Of a stretch of 64,000 bases of DNA, positions 10,961 through 21,414 are shown one piece after another; positions within the stretch are counted from its first letter, which is position 1; each line of letters opens with the position of its first letter. The position numbers and the translations under genes were made by a program. The DNA is taken from positions 1,056,001 through 1,120,000 of the forward strand of contig CAXXNF010000001.1 in assembly GCA_963666365.2 (NCBI GenBank), in the 5' to 3' direction. The notes beneath the pieces are model-generated. The model was not told where the DNA came from. It searched no databases and saw only the letters and a list, made by a program, of their open reading frames with translations. The DNA comes from Syntrophales bacterium. Lineage in GTDB: Bacteria; Desulfobacterota; Syntrophia; Syntrophales; UBA2210.

Positions 10961-11944
10961 GTGCCTCTTACGATTGAGCGTCTTGTATCGGGCGGTCTGA
11001 TAACCAATTACTACTGCAGTTCGACCTGTCGTCACTGTCTGTACCGGTGCAGTCCCCGCTGGCCCCGAGAATTTATATCCCCCGGGGATGGGGCAGCCGC
11101 ATTTTCCCTGATTAAAAGTCTCGGCTGTGATGCCGTTCACCTCGGCGGCGGCGAGCCTCTTTTGAATCCTGAGGGGGTTCTGTCCTTACTCGATGTCGCC
11201 CGTGAAGCGGACATGACCATCGAATATCTCGAAACCAATTCTTCCTGGTTCAAAGACAGTGACTCCACCCGCAACCTTCTTGAAAAGCTTGCCGCACACG
11301 GTCTTGAAACTCTGCTCATATCGATCAGTCCCTTTCATAACGAATATATTCCGTTATACAAAACAAAAGGGGTGATTCAGGCCTGTCATGAAACGGGACT
11401 GGCCCTCTTCCCCTGGATCGCCGATTTTTATCTCGATCTGGAAAGTTTTGACGAAACAGCCACCCATACCCTGGAAGAGTATGCAGGACACTTCGGTGAT
11501 GAGTACATGGAGAACCTTCCCCACCGCTACGGAATCGTTCCCGGCGGAAGAGCCCTCGAGACATTTCGCCCCTATGTGAAGGAGCAAACCATCGCAGAAC
11601 TGGTGGAGGAAAAACAGAGCGGCTGTCCTGAACTGGCCCAGACCACCCATTTTCACATCGATCTTTACGGCAACTACATACCGGGGATGTGCGCGGGACT
11701 TGCTGTCAGAAAAGAGGATCTCGGCGCCCCTCTTGATCCCGATGCCTATCCCATCATTACCCGCCTCTTCGAAGGGGGCGTTGGCGCACTCCTTTCCTGG
11801 GCCGCCGAGTGGCATGGATTCCGTCCCTCTCACAACACATACGCTACCGAATGCGAACTCTGTTACGAAATACGGCGCTACTTGACAATCGACCAGGCGA
11901 TCGGGTCACCGGAACTCCAGCCCGCCGGTCATTATCGCTTCTAA
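10961..11944 (+). CDS. Radical SAM protein of unknown function
   Basis: CSSTCRHC, GGGEP and ETN motifs, with extra C-terminal Cys residues (CPEL, GMC, CELC). Confidence 0.88.
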   Translation: MPLTIERLVSGGLITNYYCSSTCRHCLYRCSPRWPREFISPGDGAAAFSLIKSLGCDAVHLGGGEPLLNPEGVLSLLDVAREADMTIEYLETNSSWFKDSDSTRNLLEKLAAHGLETLLISISPFHNEYIPLYKTKGVIQACHETGLALFPWIADFYLDLESFDETATHTLEEYAGHFGDEYMENLPHRYGIVPGGRALETFRPYVKEQTIAELVEEKQSGCPELAQTTHFHIDLYGNYIPGMCAGLAVRKEDLGAPLDPDAYPIITRLFEGGVGALLSWAAEWHGFRPSHNTYATECELCYEIRRYLTIDQAIGSPELQPAGHYRF

Positions 11945-12186
11945 ACTTGACAGTTGTATACATCTCCCCGGAAAGCGACCTGCTCGATTGGTCTGTACCG
12001 CTTTGATAAACGAAGCATATCAGGAACGTGAAGGGGCCTGAGGATTTTCCTGCAACGATCTTTGACGATATACTGATGTGAAAAAATAATGTATAGGGGA
12101 GTAAAAAAGATTATAGTAAAATATCATGAGAAAAGGGATTTATGCTAGGTCTCATCATATGCCATCGTCCGTGAGAGGGTACTATT

Positions 12187-13011
12187 ATGTGGGATTATAC
12201 GGATAAAGTAAAAGATCACTTTCTTCACCCCCGCAACGTCGGGGACATAGAAAATCCTGACGGGGTCGCCGAAGTCGGGTCTATTGCCTGCGGCGACGCC
12301 TTAAAATTTATGTTCAAACTTGATGAAAACAAACGGATCAAGGAGGCGAAATTCAAGACCTTCGGCTGTGCGAGCGCCATAGCATCTGCGTCCGCCCTGA
12401 CGGAGATGGTAAAGGGAAAAACCCTTGAAGAAGCCGCGAAAATTACCAATCAGGATATTGCCGAATACCTGGGAGGATTGCCGGATGCCAAAATGCATTG
12501 TTCCGTTCTCGGACGGCAGGCTTTGGAAGCCGCTATAGGCAACTATGGAGGAGCTCAGGCAGAAAAGACCGAGGAAAGAATTGTCTGCGAGTGCTTTGGC
12601 GTTACTGATAATGAAATCGAGAGGGCGATAAGAGAGAACAATCTGACTGCCGTGGAAGAAGTGACGAACTACACAAAAGCGGGGGGTGGATGTGGAAGCT
12701 GCCACAAAGACATCCAGGAAATCATCGACCGGGTATGGTCCGAAAAAAAAGAGATCACAAAACCCGAACTCACCAACATCCAGAAAATCAAGCTGATCGA
12801 GGAGACGGTGGATCGTGAAATCAGACCGTCGCTTAAAAAGGACGGGGGAGATATCGAACTGATAGACATTATAGAAAACCGTGTGCTTGTCGCGAAGCGG
12901 GGCGCCTGCGTTGCCTGTCCCGCCTCGCAGCAGACCCTGAAAGGGCTTGTGGAAGCGAAACTTCGTGAATTTGTGCATCCCGATCTGACCGTGGAAGAGG
13001 TGAGCGAATGA
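12187..13011 (+). CDS. nifU: Fe-S cluster scaffold NifU (three-domain)
   Basis: IscU-like domain (ACGD, FGCAS, KMHCS), BFD-like domain (CECF, GGCGSC) and Nfu domain (GACVAC). Confidence 0.95.
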   Translation: MWDYTDKVKDHFLHPRNVGDIENPDGVAEVGSIACGDALKFMFKLDENKRIKEAKFKTFGCASAIASASALTEMVKGKTLEEAAKITNQDIAEYLGGLPDAKMHCSVLGRQALEAAIGNYGGAQAEKTEERIVCECFGVTDNEIERAIRENNLTAVEEVTNYTKAGGGCGSCHKDIQEIIDRVWSEKKEITKPELTNIQKIKLIEETVDREIRPSLKKDGGDIELIDIIENRVLVAKRGACVACPASQQTLKGLVEAKLREFVHPDLTVEEVSE

Positions 13012-14189
13012 ACACGATCTATCTTGACAATAACGCCACCACAGAGGTTGCTCCCGAGGTGGTGGAGGCCATGATGCCCTCTTTTCATGAGTATTACGGT
13101 AATCCTTCGAGTATGCACTCCTTTGGAGGCCAGGTGGCGAGAAACATAGAGCAGGCACGGGAGCAGGTGGCGGAACTTTTGGGCGCCTCACCCGAAGAAG
13201 TCATTTTTACCAGTTGCGGTACTGAGAGTGATAACGCAGCGATTATGTCGGCTCTTGCCGTCAATCCCGAAAAACGTCATATCGTCACGAGCCGCGTGGA
13301 ACACCCTGCCGTGAGGGGGCTCTGTATGCATTTGGCGAAACAGGGCTATGGCGTCACGGAACTCTCCGTCGACAAGGATGGTCTTCTCGATATGGAACGT
13401 TATCGGAAAAGTCTTTCAAAAGATACGGCCATCGTCAGTCTCATGTGGGCTAACAACGAGACAGGTGTTCTTTTTCCGGTGATCGAAGCGGCCGAGATGG
13501 CCCGTGAACGGGGAATACTTTTTCATACCGACGCCGTGCAGGCGGTGGGAAAGATTCCGATTAACGTGAACAACACCGCCATCGATATGCTTTCGCTTTC
13601 GGGACACAAACTCCACGCTCCCAAGGGGATCGGCGTGCTGTACCTTCGCAAGGGGACGAAGTTTTCCCCTTTTCTGATCGGCGGGCACCAGGAGCACGGA
13701 CGCAGAGGGGGGACGGAAAATACGCCGAGTATTATCGGTCTGGGAAAGGCCAGTGAACTGGCAATGAAGAATTTGGAAATTGAAAAAACCTTTGTCCGTG
13801 GATTGAGGGATAAGCTCGAGCACGAGATCACCACTCGGATTCCTCATTCTAAAGTGAACGGCCACAAAAAGCGGCGTCTTCCCAACACGACAAACATAAG
13901 TTTCGAATTCGTGGAAGGTGAAGGAATTCTGCTCATGATGAACGAATACGGTATCTGCGCCTCTTCCGGTTCCGCCTGTACTTCCGGCTCTCTTCAGCCG
14001 TCACACGTCATGAGGGCCATGGGAGTTCCGTTCACCATGGCCCACGGCTCCATCCGATTCAGTTTGAGTATTTACAACAGGGAAGAAGAGATCGACTTTG
14101 TCGTCGAAAAGATCGTGCCGATCATAGAAACCCTGCGTAAGATGTCGCCATACTGGGATGAGACCGAACATGTCTATTCCATTCAATAG
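13008..14189 (+). CDS. nifS: Cysteine desulfurase NifS
   Basis: YLDNNATT, SGHKLH (PLP Lys), SSGSACTS. ATGA overlap with nifU. Confidence 0.95.
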   Translation: MNTIYLDNNATTEVAPEVVEAMMPSFHEYYGNPSSMHSFGGQVARNIEQAREQVAELLGASPEEVIFTSCGTESDNAAIMSALAVNPEKRHIVTSRVEHPAVRGLCMHLAKQGYGVTELSVDKDGLLDMERYRKSLSKDTAIVSLMWANNETGVLFPVIEAAEMARERGILFHTDAVQAVGKIPINVNNTAIDMLSLSGHKLHAPKGIGVLYLRKGTKFSPFLIGGHQEHGRRGGTENTPSIIGLGKASELAMKNLEIEKTFVRGLRDKLEHEITTRIPHSKVNGHKKRRLPNTTNISFEFVEGEGILLMMNEYGICASSGSACTSGSLQPSHVMRAMGVPFTMAHGSIRFSLSIYNREEEIDFVVEKIVPIIETLRKMSPYWDETEHVYSIQ

Positions 14190-14246
14190 GTCTTGAATGA
14201 GCGTTCTATTTTTACTTATTCCACGAGCGTGAAAAGGGGGGATACA

Positions 14247-15203
14247 ATGGACAGGCCGTCGATTGAAGATCGATGCCGAAAGGAAGTCGCCGATAGTTTC
14301 CGCATACGGGAGGAGCTGCCGGAGGTCGTGCGCGACCTGGTGAAAACCTGCCGCCTCGAAGGCTGCTTCGATCACGTCGATCCCGAATCGATTTCATCAC
14401 GGGACACTATTGTCGATATCGTCAACCGCACCTACCGGATTCTTTATCCCGGCTATTTCACCCGTCGGCGCATTGACCGAGTCAACCTTGAATTTTACTA
14501 TGGACAGAAGATAACGGAACTCTTTGAATTGATGGCCGAGCAGATAACTCGTGCAATCCGGCACGATTGCCTGCGCTATACCCTCCCCTGCACGAATTGT
14601 CAGGACCGGGGGCACTATGAAGCGCTGGCGTTTTTGAAAAGTCTTCCCCGTCTGAGGGTAATTCTGGGTATGGATGTACGGGCTACCTGGGAAGGAGATC
14701 CGGCGGCAAAAAGTCATGACGAAATCATCGTAAGCTATCCCGGACTCTTCGCGATCACCGTATATCGCGTGGCTCATCAGCTTCAGGAACAGAGCATTCC
14801 CCTGATTCCCCGCATCATGGCCGAACATGCGCACAGCCTGACCGGAATCGATATTCATCCGGGCGCCGAAATCGGCGAAAGTTTTTTTATCGACCACGGA
14901 ACGGGAGTGGTGATCGGCGAAACCACGAAAATCGGGAATCGGGTCAGGATCTATCAAGGAGTGACGCTAGGGGCGCTTTCTCTCAAAAAAAACGAGGTAG
15001 TACAGCTGAGAGGAAAAAAACGACACCCCACAATTGAAGATGATGTCATTATCTACGCAGGGGCAACCATTCTGGGAGGTGACACCGTGATCGGTGCACG
15101 GTCGATTGTCGGAGGTAATGTATGGGTTACCGAGTCGGTGCCGTCGGATACGGAGGTATTCGCCGGAAAACCGGAGCTTATCTTCAAGAGGGGCACCGGT
15201 TAA
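14247..15203 (+). CDS. cysE: Serine O-acetyltransferase
   Basis: GDPAA, TGIDIHPGA, IDHGTG, KKRHPT and hexapeptide repeats. Confidence 0.92.
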   Translation: MDRPSIEDRCRKEVADSFRIREELPEVVRDLVKTCRLEGCFDHVDPESISSRDTIVDIVNRTYRILYPGYFTRRRIDRVNLEFYYGQKITELFELMAEQITRAIRHDCLRYTLPCTNCQDRGHYEALAFLKSLPRLRVILGMDVRATWEGDPAAKSHDEIIVSYPGLFAITVYRVAHQLQEQSIPLIPRIMAEHAHSLTGIDIHPGAEIGESFFIDHGTGVVIGETTKIGNRVRIYQGVTLGALSLKKNEVVQLRGKKRHPTIEDDVIIYAGATILGGDTVIGARSIVGGNVWVTESVPSDTEVFAGKPELIFKRGTG

Positions 15204-15365
15204 CCCGGAGCATCGGAGACATATTCCGGAAACTGAAAAACGTTCTGTCCTCCATACCGCTATGGATGGTCCGGATGCCGATAAACGCGAATGTACGGGG
15301 GCACACGCTACGCTACTATCAACGTCCCCCGCATGATCGTTTTACAAAGAGAAAGGAGGGATTTC

Positions 15366-16295
15366 ATGGCCCGCTATTATTCCCATGTTATGAGCACCAT
15401 TGGAAGGACGCCTCTTGTCAGACTCAACCGCATTGCAGAGGGGACAGAGGCCACACTTCTCGCCAAACTGGAATTCAGAAATCCTCTGGGAAGTCTGAAA
15501 GACCGCATCGGCGCGGCCATGATCGAGCAGGCGGAGCGTGAGGGATTAATCGACAAAGAGACTCTCATCGTGGAACCGACCAGCGGGAATACCGGCATCG
15601 CCCTGGCTTTTGTGACAGCCGTCAAAGGGTATCGCCTGATGCTGACCATGCCCGAATCAATGAGTCTGGAACGACAGAAAATTCTGAGATATCTGGGGGC
15701 TGAATTGACCCTTACCGTTGCCGAGAAAGGAATGGGGGGCGCCATCGAAAAGGCCCACAAGATATTGGAAAGCCGCACCAACACCTTTATGCCCAATCAA
15801 TTTGCAAATCCCGCAAACCCCGAGATCCACCGGAGAACCACGGCGGAAGAAATCTGGCATGATACGGAAGGCCAGGTGGATATACTCATCGCCGGTGTAG
15901 GAACGGGAGGCACCATTACGGGAGTAGCCGAAGTGCTGAAGGCGCGAAAGCCCTCATTTAAAGCCGTTGCAGTCGAACCCGCTGATTCAGCGGTCATCTC
16001 AGGCGGAACACCGGGCCCTCACTCCATTCAGGGTATAGGCGCCGGCTTTATTCCGGATAACTTGAATGTACGGGTTATCGACGAAATCGTAACCGTGACA
16101 AATGAAGAGGCATTCGATACGGCACGGGCCCTCGCAAAAATGGAAGGCCTGTCCTGCGGCATCTCCTCCGGAGCGGTTGTGGCTGCGGCGCTTAAGGTCG
16201 CCCGGCATCCGGGCAGCAAGGGCACACAAATCGTCACGATCCTCGCAAGCCATGGAGAGAGGTATCTCAGCACACCGCTCTTCGAATCGCGCTAG
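15366..16295 (+). CDS. cysK: Cysteine synthase A
   Basis: [36 protein letters not shown]. Confidence 0.95.
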   Translation: MARYYSHVMSTIGRTPLVRLNRIAEGTEATLLAKLEFRNPLGSLKDRIGAAMIEQAEREGLIDKETLIVEPTSGNTGIALAFVTAVKGYRLMLTMPESMSLERQKILRYLGAELTLTVAEKGMGGAIEKAHKILESRTNTFMPNQFANPANPEIHRRTTAEEIWHDTEGQVDILIAGVGTGGTITGVAEVLKARKPSFKAVAVEPADSAVISGGTPGPHSIQGIGAGFIPDNLNVRVIDEIVTVTNEEAFDTARALAKMEGLSCGISSGAVVAAALKVARHPGSKGTQIVTILASHGERYLSTPLFESR

Positions 16296-16735
16296 GGCCT
16301 CAGAAGCTTAAACCCCGTTTCCTGATCATGCAGGCGACGCGCCGTTGAGTCCTTCAGTTCGAAAAGCACCGCCTCCATTACCTGCCATACCCGCACGCCG
16401 TTGCGCACGCACCCTGTCACGGTGGCGGTTTCCCTGCCGCAGGCAATGTGCATATGAAGTACGGGGTTTCCCTCGTCATCAGGGAAAATTGTGCCCGTTC
16501 CCACGATTTCCGACACCTCTGCGAGCACTGTTTCCAGGGGAACGATTACTGCCGCCCGTCCGTCTTCGGGACCGACCACGAGCCGGCTCCCTTCATCGGC
16601 GCCCCCCAGAATGATAAGCGCCGCCGCCCCGATGTCTTCTGCCCGGGCGAGCTTCTCGATTTCTTCATGAACAATGTCGCCATCTTCAAGACGAATGACA
16701 AAAATTCTTCCCTGACGTGCCTGTGAATACCGCAT
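16292..16735 (-). CDS. PPC / DUF296 domain protein
   Basis: IRLEDGD, EIVGTG, LHMH and GCV pattern typical of PPC-domain proteins. Confidence 0.8.
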   Translation of the reverse strand: MRYSQARQGRIFVIRLEDGDIVHEEIEKLARAEDIGAAALIILGGADEGSRLVVGPEDGRAAVIVPLETVLAEVSEIVGTGTIFPDDEGNPVLHMHIACGRETATVTGCVRNGVRVWQVMEAVLFELKDSTARRLHDQETGFKLLRP

Positions 16736-16993
16736 TCGTTTTTCCTCCCCTGTCTCTCTACGGCGTCGCCGATGTTGCAATCATAGTACAGTGAAAGCAT
16801 CTCTGCCGCAACAACATGATTGAGTATCCTGCATAGTGATGTCTTTTTTTCTGTTTATTCTGCCCGGATATGGTGGTATGATGCGCGCCGATACAGATAG
16901 AGGGTCGTCAATCATTGTGTATCTTGCAAGGGGGTCGCTGCCTCCGAAGAAAGGTACGCACTGAAGGACTCTTTTTCAATCCCCAAAGGAGGA

Positions 16994-17983
16994 ATGATGA
17001 TGACATATCGAAGTGAAGGGCTGCGGCGGTGCCTGATGGCGTTAGTATTTCTGGTAGTGGCGGCGGGTCCAGCCCTGGGAGGCGCTTCAGGCGACAAGAC
17101 GGATCCGATAGCCCTCGTTAACGGCCAGGCGATTTTACGAAGCACCTTCGATGACGAAGTGAAAAAAATGGAGGCCCAATCCGCTCAGCAGGGCAGACCG
17201 CTTTCCGCTGATCAGGTTGCCGCTATGAAGAAAGACACCCTTGAGCGGCTCATAAACATAGAACTGCTCTGGCAGGAAAGCCAGAAACAGAAAATATCCA
17301 TTAATGAAAATGATGTAGCCGAAGAAATCGGCAAACTGAAACAGCGGTTCCCCGATGAAAAGGCCTTTACGGAGGCAATAACGAATATGGGGATGACTGA
17401 AGCGGAACTGAAGGAACGAATCGAAAAGAGCATGGCGATTCAAGGACTTATCGATCAGGCGGTGACACAGAAGATTATCGTCTCCGATCAGGAAATAAAG
17501 GATTTCTACGACAAAAACCCCTCGTATTTCAAGGAAGAAGCGCAGGTGCGGGCAAGCCATATCTTGATCAAAGTCGAAGACAAGGCGACCGATGCCGAAA
17601 AGGCGCAGGCGAGAAAGAAAATAAAAGAAATCCAGGAAAAACTGAAACAGGGTGAAGGCTTTGAAAAGCTTGCCAAAGAGAATTCTCAGTGTCCCAGCGG
17701 AAAAAATGGCGGGGATCTGGATTTCTTTGGACGGGGCCGCATGGTCGAGGCCTTTGAAAATGCCGCCTTTGCCTTGAAAAAGGGGGAAATCAGCGACATA
17801 GTGGAAACCCCCTTCGGATATCATCTGATCAAGGTAACGGACACGAAGGACGCGCGAACCGTCGATCTTAAAGAGGCCAGGGAAAAGATTGCCGGTTATC
17901 TGAAACAGCAGAAAACCGAAAAGGATGTAAACACATATATCGAAAAGCTCCACAGTGAATCGAAAATAGAAAATTTTCTTTAG
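16994..17983 (+). CDS. Exported parvulin-type peptidylprolyl isomerase (PrsA/SurA-like)
   Basis: Signal peptide, SurA-like N domain (ALVNGQAI), ASHILIK, GGDLDFF, FGYHLIK. Confidence 0.92.
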   Translation: MMMTYRSEGLRRCLMALVFLVVAAGPALGGASGDKTDPIALVNGQAILRSTFDDEVKKMEAQSAQQGRPLSADQVAAMKKDTLERLINIELLWQESQKQKISINENDVAEEIGKLKQRFPDEKAFTEAITNMGMTEAELKERIEKSMAIQGLIDQAVTQKIIVSDQEIKDFYDKNPSYFKEEAQVRASHILIKVEDKATDAEKAQARKKIKEIQEKLKQGEGFEKLAKENSQCPSGKNGGDLDFFGRGRMVEAFENAAFALKKGEISDIVETPFGYHLIKVTDTKDARTVDLKEAREKIAGYLKQQKTEKDVNTYIEKLHSESKIENFL

Positions 17984-18015
17984 AAGAGAGATCGTCTGAC
18001 CATGAAGCGCGATCT

Positions 18016-19611
18016 TCAGGCGGCACTGTTGCCGAAGAAGCGAAGAATCCTGTCGAAGAGGGATCGCCGCTTTTCGTGACCGCTCATTGAAGAAGGCTTT
18101 GGTGCGGCATCGGGAGATGCCGCCTCCATCCCCCCTGATTCGCGGGGACTCACTTCGTGAGACATTTCGAAAGTTTCGCCGTATTTGGACTGGTAATAGG
18201 CGAGCCGTTCTTCCCTAGACCCATTGAGGGGGGCAACCTGTTTCGGTGATCCTTTTACTGAAGGACGCCGTGTGCGGGTTTTCGTGGAAGGAGTCGTCCC
18301 CTCCTTTATCGCGTGTGTTTCAACGGACGCCGCCTCTTTGCGGGGTCTCTTTCTGCGAACTTTTTCTTTCGATTCCGTTGTGGCGACCTTTGTTTTCCGC
18401 CCCTTTCCTCTTTCATTACGCTCTGAATACTTCTTGTCTTTGTCATCCAGTCTGAATCGCATGCCGGCGGCAGCGTCGGCTTCGAAGAGGGTGTCGTCAG
18501 GCCAGATGACGGGGATCTTCATCCCGATGTAATCCTCGATCGCTTCTAAACCATAGACATATTTTTCGCAGGCAAGAGACAGGGCTTTCCCTGTTTTACC
18601 GGCTCGGGCCGTGCGGCCGATACGGTGTACATAATTTTCACAGTCCTGGGGAATGTCATAATTAATGACAAGTTCAAGATCATCCACATGCAACCCCCGG
18701 GCCGCCACATCGGTTGCAGCCAGGAACCGAATTTTCCCTGATTTTAAACCCTTGATAATTTTCTCCCTCTGCCGCTGGGGCAAATCGCCGATCAGGTATT
18801 CGCAGGGATATCCGTTCCGCTCAAGACGCTGCGACAGCGCATAGGCTTCGTGTTTCGTATTCGTGAAAATAAGTGCGTTTCTGGGATCGACCCTTTTCAT
18901 CAGGCCAAGAAGGAGGCGTATTTTTTCATGGACGCCCACATGGTACAGCTCCTGTGTAATTTCTTCCACCACCTTCTGGTCCGGCGTGACGGCGATTTCC
19001 GCCGGATCGTTCATATGTTCCCAGGCAAGATCCCGCGCAACGGCGTCAAGCGTCGCACTGAACAGCATGGTAATCCGCTGGTCCGACGGGGGCATTTTTT
19101 TCAGCATCTTTCTCAAATCGGGAAGGAATCCCATATCGAACAGTCGGTCGGCCTCATCAATGACCAGAATGCCCCGCTCCCGAAAGTTCAATTTTCCCGA
19201 TCTGCCAAAATCCAGAAGTCGTCCCGGCGTACCGATAATGATGTCGGCATCCTGCTCAAGAAGCTCCTCCTGCTTGGCATATCCGACACCTCCGTATATG
19301 CTGCCAACGGAGTAGGGCAGATGACCTCCAAGAATGTTCGCTTCCTTTTCTATCTGAACGGCCAGTTCCCGCGTGGGGACGATTATCAATGCTTTTTTTC
19401 CGACCCCCGAAGCGTCATCCGAAAAAAGCTTGTAAATAGTAATGAGGAAGGCGGCCGTTTTCCCGGTACCCGTTTGAGATTGTACCGTAACGTCTCTCCC
19501 CTTGAGGGTTTCTGAAAAGGTCAACTCCTGTACCGCCGTGCATTCAACAAAGCCGGCATCCCGAATTCCTTCCAAAATCGCTTCACTTACATCTAGTTCG
19601 TTAAAATTCAC
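18016..19611 (-). CDS. DEAD-box RNA helicase (RhlB-like)
   Basis: QTGTGKT, PTRELA, DEAD, SAT and HRIGRTAR motifs, with a basic low-complexity C-terminal tail. Confidence 0.94.
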   Translation of the reverse strand: MNFNELDVSEAILEGIRDAGFVECTAVQELTFSETLKGRDVTVQSQTGTGKTAAFLITIYKLFSDDASGVGKKALIIVPTRELAVQIEKEANILGGHLPYSVGSIYGGVGYAKQEELLEQDADIIIGTPGRLLDFGRSGKLNFRERGILVIDEADRLFDMGFLPDLRKMLKKMPPSDQRITMLFSATLDAVARDLAWEHMNDPAEIAVTPDQKVVEEITQELYHVGVHEKIRLLLGLMKRVDPRNALIFTNTKHEAYALSQRLERNGYPCEYLIGDLPQRQREKIIKGLKSGKIRFLAATDVAARGLHVDDLELVINYDIPQDCENYVHRIGRTARAGKTGKALSLACEKYVYGLEAIEDYIGMKIPVIWPDDTLFEADAAAGMRFRLDDKDKKYSERNERGKGRKTKVATTESKEKVRRKRPRKEAASVETHAIKEGTTPSTKTRTRRPSVKGSPKQVAPLNGSREERLAYYQSKYGETFEMSHEVSPRESGGMEAASPDAAPKPSSMSGHEKRRSLFDRILRFFGNSAA

Positions 19612-19821
19612 CGTAGTTTTATATTCTCTTTTCTCTCTGATTTATAACGCATACTGTCTACTGCATGGGGGGCGGGGGCTGGCAGCATATATGAGCGCTT
19701 TCTTTGCATCTGAGCGCCGCTTATACCACAACTACTGAATAATGCAAGCGCTTTATATGCATCGTCCGATTCTCTTCCAGTAGATCCCTGGGAAACCTTG
19801 TGCGGCGCCCTGCTTTTTTTC

Positions 19822-19849
19822 TAAAGATTAAATTCCTTCTGTCCGAATA
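19822..19849 (+). promoter_or_regulatory. Possible sigma-28 (FliA)-type promoter for the FIST operon
   Basis: TAAA-N16-TCCGAATA is an imperfect match to TAAA-N15-GCCGATAA. Confidence 0.3.
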
Positions 19850-19979
19850 TATCTCTGCGGCGCCTGCAGGCGCCGTCGGGAGATTTTACATTTTCATTCG
19901 GTTCGGGCAGACAGGCGCCTCATCCTGTCTACATCAGGTACAAAGGTTACGCGATCATCATAGTGCAATGGAGGATTAT

Positions 19980-20180
19980 ATGGCAGGGAAAATAAAAAAA
20001 ATGCTCGATGAAATCATTGAAAAAAAATCGGGGGGGCATCCGACTCTGATGAGTACCACAAAAACCAAGCTGATTTTAAAGGGACTCAATCCGGACAAAT
20101 ACAGTGCTCAATCGGCAGATGACCCCGTCGTGATAGAGAAAGTCCTTATGGCGGCGCGAGAAATGGGTGTAAAATTTTAA
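19980..20180 (+). CDS. Small hypothetical protein (66 aa) upstream of a FIST-domain gene
   Basis: Strong RBS GGAGG. MAGKIKKMLDEIIEKKSGG...TTKTKLILKGLNPDKY...DDPVVIEK. Confidence 0.8.
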   Translation: MAGKIKKMLDEIIEKKSGGHPTLMSTTKTKLILKGLNPDKYSAQSADDPVVIEKVLMAAREMGVKF

Positions 20181-20207
20181 ATGGACACAACAGGGAGGAG
20201 AAATCAT

Positions 20208-21320
20208 ATGAGTATAAAAACAGCCTATACCACCGAGAAAATAACAGGAAAGGCCGTGGATGCTATAAGAGCGAATTTTTCCGGAGAGAATCCGAAAGCC
20301 CTTATATATTTTGCCTCATCGTCCTACGGCGCTGATGAGCTCGCCGCTACGATGCAAAAGGCCTTCGGCGAAGTGCCGGTATTCGGTTGCACGACGGCGG
20401 GAGAAATTGTGTCCGGTAAAATGTTGGATAATTCCATTGTGGCCATGGCGCTCGGGTCCGATGTAATTGACGATATATCGATCGCCGTAGTGGAAAATGT
20501 AAGCGCCGGGGACAAGGCAACCATTCAGCATGCCTTCAGTGCCTTTGAAAAATATTTCAGTGCCGACATGTCCACACTGGATTTCACACAATATGTAGGG
20601 ATCATTCTCGCCGACGGCATGAGCGGCGCCGAAGAAAGACTGATGGAATGGATCGGCGATCTGACCAATGTCACATTTGTGGGTGGATCTGCAGGTGATG
20701 ATCTTGCATTTAACAGGACCTATCTCTTTGCACAGGGGAAGGCCTATACAGACGCGGCCCTTCTGGTTCTGATACAATCAGCCAGAACTTTCGATATCGT
20801 CAAGACCCAGAGTTTCAAGATTCTGGACCGTACACTGACGGCAACAAAAGTGGATGAAAAAAATCGGGAGGTGATTGAATTTGACAACCGGCCTGCCGTA
20901 GACGCCTACGCGGAGGCAGTGGGAATACCTGTGGCGGAAGTGGCTGACTATTTCATGAAATACCCTCTCGGCCTTGTCATCGATGGGGAGCCCTACGTAA
21001 GAAGCCCACAGCAGGTAAAGGATAAGGGCATTGTCTTTTACTGTCAGATACTGGAGGGCATGGAGCTTTCCCTGCTGGAATCGGGAGATATTGTGGGAGA
21101 CACAAAAGTCGCCCTTGAGAAGAAAGAACAAGAACTGGGATCGCTTTCAGGCATCTTGAATTTTCACTGCATTCTGAGGACGCTGGAACTGAAAGAAGAA
21201 GGGAAAACAGATGAATACGGCGCGGTGTTTTCCCATACTCCCACCATCGGATTCAGTACCTATGGCGAGGAATATCTCGGCCACATCAACCAAACCTCGA
21301 CAATACTCGTTTTCCGATAG
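20208..21320 (+). CDS. FIST N/C domain sensor protein
   Basis: GCTTAGEI, GGSAGD, CILR, GFSTYGE, HINQT. Confidence 0.9.
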   Translation: MSIKTAYTTEKITGKAVDAIRANFSGENPKALIYFASSSYGADELAATMQKAFGEVPVFGCTTAGEIVSGKMLDNSIVAMALGSDVIDDISIAVVENVSAGDKATIQHAFSAFEKYFSADMSTLDFTQYVGIILADGMSGAEERLMEWIGDLTNVTFVGGSAGDDLAFNRTYLFAQGKAYTDAALLVLIQSARTFDIVKTQSFKILDRTLTATKVDEKNREVIEFDNRPAVDAYAEAVGIPVAEVADYFMKYPLGLVIDGEPYVRSPQQVKDKGIVFYCQILEGMELSLLESGDIVGDTKVALEKKEQELGSLSGILNFHCILRTLELKEEGKTDEYGAVFSHTPTIGFSTYGEEYLGHINQTSTILVFR

Positions 21321-21326
21321 GCGTGT

Positions 21327-21359
21327 ATTCCGGGGGCGCCGAACCGGTTCCCCCGGAAT
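21327..21359. terminator. Hairpin between convergent FIST and paaI genes
   Basis: Perfect 10-bp outer stem ATTCCGGGGG...CCCCCGGAAT. Confidence 0.55.
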
Positions 21360-21414
21360 GGCGTCCCTGCCCGATCCTTTCACACATTTTTGTCCTGCTG
21401 AAAGACGAAATGCC

